A stretch of DNA of 63,941 nt, filler included, from Craspedostauros australis (Eukaryota): NCBI GenBank assembly GCA_030167865.1. It is 17 parts of 17 records of this genome, joined end to end, with 100 filler letters (N's around TTAATTAATTAA, not from the genome) between each part and the next. Parts side by side here need not be neighbours in the genome. Positions count along the whole stretch, not along the records: positions 55,929 to 61,247 come from JALAGF010000203.1; positions 61,348 to 62,779 come from JALAGF010000204.1; positions 62,880 to 63,941 come from JALAGF010000261.1; 14 more parts are not named here. The stretch is one strand, 5' to 3'. Made by a program: the position numbers and the translations under genes. Within the stretch, counting starts at the first letter, position 1, and each line of letters begins with the position of its first letter. A model generated the notes under the pieces. The model did no database searches. It was not told the DNA's origin and saw nothing but the letters and a program-made list of their open reading frames with translations. Below, one piece after another: positions 56,222-63,941 of the stretch.

Positions 56222-56421
56222 AACGGCAAAAGGAGACAACAACTGGTCTACCAGGAGTCACGCAGAGCTCGCGGAGAAATACCATTTCCTCCTTACCAAG
56301 TTGCAGTTTACTTGCACACTATTTCTACTATTTCAACGGTTACTTGTTGACATTGTTGGATTTCGCCTGATTTTGATAATTGAAGAGGCACAAAGACCTC
56401 ACAATTCGCAAGAACACAAAC

Positions 56422-57452
56422 ATGTTACTCCCACGCGGAACTTTCGCTGCTTTTGGGTTCGGACTGATTGGGTCTCGCCCAAGAAGCATGCTTGCGACCG
56501 ATCTTTCTCTGGAGTTGTTGCAACAGTTCGCGTCTGTGTTTGAGACACATCCAGACATTGTGCACATCTTGTGGAACGAGCTCGTAGACGCTCGAGCTCT
56601 CCCGCGCGGGGCCAAACCCAAACATCTCCTTTGGACGTGCGCGTTTCTTCACCTGTACGTGTCTGAGACTGCGCTCGCTGCAGTGTGCAAGTGTTCCGCG
56701 AAGACACTTCGCAAATGGATGTGGCTGATGATGGCAGCCGTTGAAACCGTTAAGGATCGCATTGTAAGTACTAATAATTTCGCACAACCGAACTGCAACA
56801 CAAAATTCTGTTCACTCCATTCACTCACACTGGGTTCTCTTTTTTGTGGTACCGCTCCCATTGACAGATTGTCTGGAACCGTCGTTTCGTTGGCGCAAGT
56901 CACGATGCAAAAGCTCTTGTGACGGTTGATGGGACTGACATGCGAGTCACCGAACCGAAACCATTTGACAAGAAGTGGTACTCGTTCAAATTTCGCGCTG
57001 CTGGTTTGCGTTCCGAGTTGGCTGATGCGATTTCTACTGGCGAGATTGTTTGGGCGAATGGGCCTTTCCCGTGTGGCCTGTTGAACGATCTTTCGATCAT
57101 CCGCCTCGGCCTGAAACCGAAATTAGTGCAACACGAAGTCGTCGTCGCAGATGCCGGATACCGTGGGGACCCTTGTGTGTTTCCCCCAACTTTTCGCGCG
57201 GATGGCATCATGCGGTGCCGCCACGAAACGGTCAACAGGCGAATCAAGCACTGGCAATGCATGCACCTGAAGTGGCGGCACCATGTGGACAAGCATCGCC
57301 TTGCATTCAACGTGGTGGCCATCCTCACCCAAATTGAACTGAGCAACGGCTTCCCCTCGTTTGACGTGGTTGTCGCGATGCAAGAAGCACGCAAACGTGC
57401 CATCGCCCAAGCAGATGCACAGCACACACACAAATTAGCCTGTCCCACTTAG
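56422..57452 (+). CDS. PIF/Harbinger-like DDE transposase (DDE_Tnp_4 type), two exons: 56422-56763 and 56868-57452
   Basis: A GTAAGT...ACAG phase-0 intron (56764-56867) joins the two ORFs into ..KDRI/IVWNRRF..VDGTD. Catalytic motifs VDGTD, ADAGYRG and RHETVN.R.K.W. Start codon uncertain. Confidence 0.85.
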
Positions 57453-58839
57453 TAGTAACAAATAGCCCAACTTTAGCAAGCATAAAATGTTCATCCCACA
57501 TGCCCCCCTTGCCTGTTTGAGTGAGCGTTGTTAGGGCGTCTTGGTTATGGGGTAATCAATTTAGTGTTATGTTTTGCTGTTGGAGGTTCGAAAGACTACT
57601 TGTTGTGGTTGCATGTGGGACGCACTGAATAGCCAGTTCAGGAGGACCAAGGAGACGATGAGACACCAATGCTTGCCCAAGAGAGTCCCGGTTTGAAACA
57701 TGGACAAACGAAGGGCAACATCAGCAAGGCATCTTGGCCACCCAACCGCAACGACGTTAAGCGGAGGGATGGGTTCGTGGTCTCCACCACTGCCCACAAC
57801 GGTAGTGATGCCAGCGCCATGGGTCATCAGCAAAGAATGCGGTGAACATCGCGAGAAACGTTGGGGAGTGACGCGACGCTCAGGGAGGAAGAAACAAAAA
57901 GAATGTGACCTTTTCTCGTGTTGAGTTCTGCAGTTGGCGAATCAAAGCCAATGAGTGTCCGGAGCACGAGGTATGGCGCATATTGTTGGGAGCCCTTCAC
58001 CTGAATCAAACGTGGTGTGAACAGGAACCGCACGAGGAGGAACTGGAAGAACGCAAACGGCTGTTGCGAATCAAGATTTCTGCGGAAAGCAAGGCTGTCG
58101 TACGGGACTGCAGTATTGATAAGAAGACAGCGATGCGATGTCGTGGGTCTGGAATGGGGACGTCTTGGGGCAGACACGACAGGGCTGGAACGAGCGCAAA
58201 GCGGACATCATTGGCATTGGCACACAGTGCACGACATGTCAAACACGTACGTAAATAAGCGCAACGTCATGTCGACACGGGAAAGGCGTGCTCTAGTAGT
58301 CCCATCAGTGCATGACTCGACAGACCCAAAAACCGCACAACACACCCCAAGCGTGAACAAAGCGAAAATCAACGCAAAAAGAGCCTTTACCGCGCTTCCC
58401 TTGTCTCAATCCCCAACCGCGTCCACCTAACGACCTCGCGACTTATCATGTCTCACAAACAAGAACACCATGGTGGCGTCCCAACCACCACTGAATCGCG
58501 GCGCCAAAACAATCACTCTTTGGCTTCGATAAAGCAGATGAATACAGGCATTCTTCTACTCGGTAAGAGCCAAGCAATTCACCAGAATTGTGACCGGGGA
58601 GGAAGTGTGTGTGAACAGAAAAGCGTCTCCGCCCAACCGCAAAACCGGCCAAGTACGGAAGGATGCCAGGGCCGTGTGCGAACATCGAGGTTGTGATGGT
58701 TTGTGCTCTTTGTACGGTTGTTTGTTAGCGCGTGTTTAGCGCCCACTTCCTTGGGCCTGTCTGTGGCCAACAACACACCCAGTTTCTCATGTTGCCATAC
58801 TTTTCCGAAAACTGCACATTTGCACCAAACTCATCTCCA

Positions 58840-61059
58840 ATGGATCTGCCCAAGATGGACCAGCAAACGATACCCGTCGTGGACGATGGGACCCAGTCTG
58901 GTTACGGCGACATTGACAGCACCTTTGCGACTGATGATGGTACCAACGAGATCGAAGAAGTTCGTCACGAGTCTCGCTGGGATACGATCAAGGTCCGCAT
59001 CTGGCGTGTTCTTTTGACCGCGTCGTTGCTCATCACAGCCTGCGCAGTCACGTGGATCACCTACCGATCTCTCGACGATGAGCAGAACGACAACTTTGAG
59101 ACCGCGGTGAGTTCATCGAACCATGAACGTGTCACAACGTCGTCACTCGCCGAGTGTCAACGTCATCTCGGTCCTTGTGGAGCTTCCACGAGTCTCTTGC
59201 CAGCGGCATTGCGTTGTACAAGCACACACCTCTCACACTCCAAATCACTTCCCTCTTGTCCCATCGTGCTATGCTGTGCCATACTACTATGATCCACATA
59301 CTCTACTTACTCGGATGCATCATTCCCATCTGCTCGATCCCTGAATGCCTCGTCTCGCCTCACACACACACCACGAAACATGCAACCTGTGGCCGGCAAT
59401 ATCTGTGCAACCTAACCAACAGTTCGAACAATTCTCGAGAACTATCGGCGATGCCGCCGTGGACCAGCAGGAGGCCTTGCACCTCGCCTACTACGGCTTT
59501 GCTGACACGATCTCATCGCAAACCGACGGAAGCGGGAAAGAGTGGCCATTCGTCTCCATCCCATTCTTCAACAAGAATGCAGCCACTGTGTTGAAGGAAT
59601 CTAGAAGTGAGGGACTCCTATTGAATCACGTTGTGAAGTCGGAGCAGCGAGAAGCGTGGGAGAACTGGACCATCCATCATCACATCGATCTGGTGGAGGA
59701 GGCCCACATGCTGGAGGATGGCAACCTCGACGATCTCAATCCCGTCGGATTCCACCCCTTCATCTCCCAGTTCGCACGAAATGGATCATTCATCCCTGAC
59801 AAAGAGCGCTCCATGCACTTTCCAGTGTGGGAATACGCACCTGCTCCCTTCACCTTCGGTTTCATCAACTGGAATGCGATGAATAACCCAGCGAGGATCA
59901 ACACCCTTTTCAAGCTTGGTGATGAGCTTCTTTACAACAACATTGATGCCTACTACGATGCCTCTCTCGGCGTCGCTTTCACTGAAGAAGAACACGAAGC
60001 CATGCACTCTCAACTTGGCGACTCTGATGTCAGCCATCCCCACAGCTACTTCGATCTCCCAGTGCACAAGAAGGTGGGCGATCCAAGCTCTGAGGTCGTC
60101 GCAATCCTCAGCGGCGCTGTTGCTTGGGATGCATCTCTGAACAAACTCTTGCCGGATGGAGTGGAGGGTATCATCACAGTGGTAAAGAACACATGCAACC
60201 AATCCTTCACATATGAAATCATCGGAGCTGACGCTGTCTTTCTGGGAAATGGTGAGTCACAAGCTCTTCGCTACACTGACCTCATGTTGTGAACAAAGAA
60301 GCAGAAACCAATGCCTTCAACCTACACACCTTCGGACCACGGGCGCTCCCCTCTTTCATACACAGCCTTTGTCTGCATGCTCCATCACACTGCCTTCAAC
60401 TATGCACATATTGCACCTCCGGAGTCCGAATACCGTACTTTCTCCACCAACACGATCTGACCCATCCTCTGCTCTCCATGCATACTCCATGTTTCGTGCT
60501 TCGTTCTTCACACTTGCATGCCCCACAGGTGACAAGCATGACACGAAATACGACAAGTTCGAAAAGTCTGTCACTCTCTCCCAGCCCAAGAACAAGACCC
60601 GTCTTGCGAACGAACCAGGACATTGCATGTACACCATGCACATCTACCCGTCGCAAAGATTTGAGGACAGGTACGACACCTTCACACCCGAAAGGTTCGG
60701 AATCATCGTCATGGCGACCTTCGTCTTTGTCATCGCCGTTTTCTTCGTCTACGACCTGTTCGTCTACAAGCGAAACGAAAACCTGGTGGAGAATGTTGCA
60801 AGATCCAATGCCATCGTATCATCCTTGTTTCCCAAGAACATCCGCCGCCGATTGTTGGAGCAGGAAGCGATTGCTCGCAACAGCGCAGGTGGCGATGGCA
60901 AGACAGCAGCCAACAAACGCATCGCAAACTTGAAGAACTATCTCAGCGGACACACGTCGGAGGATTCGGCGAACGAAAAGCCATTGGCCGATCTGTTCCT
61001 GGAAACGACCATTCTGTTTGCTGACATCGCTGGTTTCACAGCCTGGAGCTCAGTCCGAG
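58840..61059 (+). CDS. Receptor-type guanylate/adenylate cyclase paralog, 3'-partial; exons 58840-59106, 59423-60251 and 60529-61059
   Basis: GTGAGT/CAG, GTGAGT/CAG and GTAAGC splice sites keep the frame (ETA/FEQF; FLGNG/DKHD). Two TM helices flank a CHASE-like sensor. The end LFADIAGFTAWSS is homologous to 44430-47225. Confidence 0.88.
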
Positions 61060-61347
61060 GTAAGCGGTTGCGCCCGTAGTGTTGTCCGAGAGCTTGAATT
61101 GCACTGTCGTTAATATCCGACGTTGTTGTTGCCATTGCTGCTATCATTGCTGCTGCCATTGCTACTGCTGATGTGCTGCCGCCGCTGCTTCGCCATCGTC
61201 CTTCTCACGTTTTCTGGATTATGCTTTGGATTGCTTCGTTTCAACCCNNNNNNNNNNNNNNNNNNNNNNNNNNNNNNNNNNNNNNNNNNNNTTAATTAAT
61301 TAANNNNNNNNNNNNNNNNNNNNNNNNNNNNNNNNNNNNNNNNNNNN

Positions 61348-62697
61348 GAGGATGCCTATCTCGACGAACTGCAGGGAAACTCCTGGCACGCCAACAGGCA
61401 CTCTCGTGACCGCAACACCCCGCGCATGCATGCAAACCACTCCTCAACTACAAAGGAAGCTCGTCTTCTGGAACAGAACAAAGGAGGCAAACGCATGAAC
61501 GCCAAGGGCAAACAGGCCAACAAGAAAACACAGCAAAAGAAGGACCCTTGGATCACAACACCCCCACGGAAGGGTGAGCCACAACAAAAGCTCATGAACA
61601 ACAAGACCTTCCACTGGTGCGCGAAGTGCCGCCACTGGCGCATCTCCCACGGCACAGCCGGCCACATCGACGACTTCAAGCACAAGCCAAACAGCCCACA
61701 GCTCGAAATCGACCATGCAGCATGGACCTGCCTCTCCGCCGAAGCTCACGCAAACGAACGCTCCTGGTGGGCCGCCGTGTGGAACGTGTTCACTGCCTTT
61801 GAAACCATCAACATCGTCACCGGCACCTTTCTCCTCTTTTGTGCAGCACAAATCTCTCTACTCGGCATCGAGTGTGGATGGCATGTAGTGAGTATCATGA
61901 TGTGGATGACGACAGCCATTGTGCTATTCGCCCTTCACACCAACGTCCCACGCCAGTACCAGCCAACTCCAATGCGAACCATCCGCCAGGTCAACACGTG
62001 GAGGAAGAAACAAAACAAGTCAAATAGAGCAAGACCACGCTTCTATCACTACCCGGCAACGCCCTCGAACGATCTCTACGACTCTCTGTTCGGGAACGAC
62101 GACTTCAAACATTTTCTCCTTCACAAGCGCACCAACGCGAAACATCACGCCCCACGTCACGCCCCAAGTGCGAACCACCAAAACAAAACTCGCCGCGCTC
62201 GCCGGTTCCCAAAACACCAAAACTCCTGTCGCGCGCGAAACCAAATGAATCCCGCTCGTCCACCGAACCGGCACACGAAACATCACTGCGACTTTTACCA
62301 CTTAAGGACTTCCACTCGCTTCAAGCGGGGGTCTCACACAGATCCAAGTGAACATCAGAGTCTCCGCCACAACGGTAACACAAGCGAAGCACAGCCTCAT
62401 GGACACACAGGCACCAGTCTAATTACCAACGCCTACCACACCCTCGCAACAACCTTCGGTTTCCAACATGCCTTCGCCGCACCCCACAAGGTGGAAGGCA
62501 TCATCCCTCAAGACGGCTCCTTCGATGTGGTATGGGACACCGGCGCCTCCATCTGCGTGACCAACGATATTAACGACTTCGTGGGCCCTACGTCTGCTCC
62601 AGCCTCGCAAACCTTCCTCAACGGGTTTCTTCGCCGCACCAAGGTAAAGACGAAAGGCAGGGTTGAATGGTCCATCCTCGACGTCAACGGCAACCCT
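61348..62697 (+). CDS. Ty1/copia (CoDi-type) gag C-terminus, hydrophobic segment and protease; interrupted by LTR-B
   Basis: Frame open from the contig edge, with the gag zinc motif FHWCAKCRHWRISHGTAGH and protease VVWDTGASICVT..DF..G.V.W. Confidence 0.8.
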
Positions 62698-62779
62698 TGT
62701 CGAGATGTACATGTGAGTATATATCAAGATGTACGTGTATATGTGCATCGTTCACCCGCTATTCTCTCATACGCACTTG
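62698..62779 (+). repeat. LTR family B, 5' end, inserted into a copia protease gene
   Basis: TGTCGAGATGTACATGTGAG... matches the starts of the solo LTRs. Confidence 0.9.
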
Positions 62780-62879
62780 NNNNNNNNNNNNNNNNNNNNN
62801 NNNNNNNNNNNNNNNNNNNNNNNTTAATTAATTAANNNNNNNNNNNNNNNNNNNNNNNNNNNNNNNNNNNNNNNNNNNN

Positions 62880-63373
62880 ACGATCATGATGGTGCTTTTG
62901 CGTGATTTCAACGATGTCTTCGTGCCGGTAGCATCGTTTCCGGAATACAGGTAGATCTCCCACGACACTGTCACCCTCCAATGATATTCCTTGACCTTCT
63001 TGACGACGTTGTGAACGGTGGTCTTTTCAGTGGCTGCGAACATGGATCCTGATGTCTTGGTAGTCTCCTTGGTCTGGAAGCTCGTGTTGGATGGTACCTC
63101 GACGAGCTGCTCGCTGAGGAACTCGGCCGAATCGGACGCCTCGAATCGCAGAGTGGTCGTCTTGGAGGCATCGATTGCCTTGAGGATTTCCGTCGTCAAG
63201 CCAAGTCGCTCGAGGACGTTCGTGAATGAGATGATGGTGGTATTGGTGAGCAGATCGGCCATTTCGTACTTGTTATCGTACTCATGGTCAACCTCATCGG
63301 CAAGNTGGGGGTTGCGATCGACGTGAAGAATCCTTTCGACCGACTTGAGTGCTTTGCCGACTACACAATGCAT
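62880..63373 (-). CDS. Hypothetical protein, partial (start and exon boundary uncertain)
   Basis: Coding-like composition, open to the contig edge, no recognisable domain. Confidence 0.55.
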
Positions 63374-63941
63374 GGTGTGGGATATAGGGTGATGGTTGCA
63401 TAAGGTATACGTAAGATATTCGGAAGGTATAGAGTGGAATGTTCGGAAGGATTGTGTCGGCGACAGGTGGCAGGTAGCAGGTCAGTAGAGTACATGATGT
63501 GAAGGGGTGCACAGTGCCGACAAGTTGGAGAATGACACATTGAGAAACGCACAGTTTCGGCACCATTGTGGGTGCGATTGTTTGCAGCATCATCGTGAAG
63601 GAATCTGAAAGGCATGATTGGAGGCAATAACACCTTCACGGCGGCTTCCATCAATCACAACAGAGCCATGCAAATCGACAAATCACCAAGCGAAGAAGTG
63701 CAACCAACTGCCCCATTGCAATTCGCAACCGCTGCTTTGGTGCTGGCATTCATGCCAAGGCTTCGATGGTACAAGTATTGACATCAGTGCACCTTCACTC
63801 ACCATCGCGACGGAATTGATGGTCGTAATACTCGTTGTACTTCATGGTGCTCGAGCTTGAAGGTGTTTCTGGTTGTGGTGGAGTCGTGGTGGTGTTGTGT
63901 TTGAGTTGTTCGGTCTTTCGATTTGTGTGGATGCTCCTCTC

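Noticed and set aside
57567..58258. Candidate second Harbinger (Myb/SANT) ORF
   Set aside because: No Trp-spaced Myb motif or consistent splice model was found.
1..63941. Treating RT, ankyrin, STAND ATPase and cyclase genes as one defence island or operon
   Set aside because: They lie on separate contigs joined artificially, and the DNA is eukaryotic with introns.

Overview
This window is eukaryotic, most likely diatom (stramenopile), DNA. It has GT-AG spliceosomal introns and diatom-typical gene and TE families. It is not one locus: about 17 unrelated short contigs are joined by an artificial 100-nt spacer (44 N + TTAATTAATTAA + 44 N), so adjacency across spacers carries no information. The content is dominated by transposable elements. 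These include an apparently intact Ambal-like LINE (ORF1 plus APE-RT-RNaseH-zinc finger ORF2) inserted into a DIRS-type RNase H gene, a second LINE family (ORF1 and a decayed copy), DIRS-type RT and RNaseH fragments, five Ty1/copia fragments, five copies of one ~800-bp LTR, an intron-containing PIF/Harbinger-like transposase and a possible piggyBac-like relic. Host genes include an ARID1/2-like ARM protein, an ankyrin-repeat protein, STAND (AAA_16/TPR) pieces, a type II membrane protein and two receptor guanylate-cyclase paralogs, one visibly fused to a phosphodiesterase. Five observations stand out. (1) Two divergent copia families carry the same perfect palindrome CGTTTATAAACG where a tRNA primer-binding site should be. 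(2) A DIRS-type RT is fused to an apparently degenerate C5 cytosine-methyltransferase fold. (3) One copia has a PDZ-like domain between integrase and RT. (4) One copia has transmembrane helices between Gag and protease. (5) The two palindrome-bearing copias share a ~350-aa unknown insert. All calls are by eye from motifs; no database searches were run.
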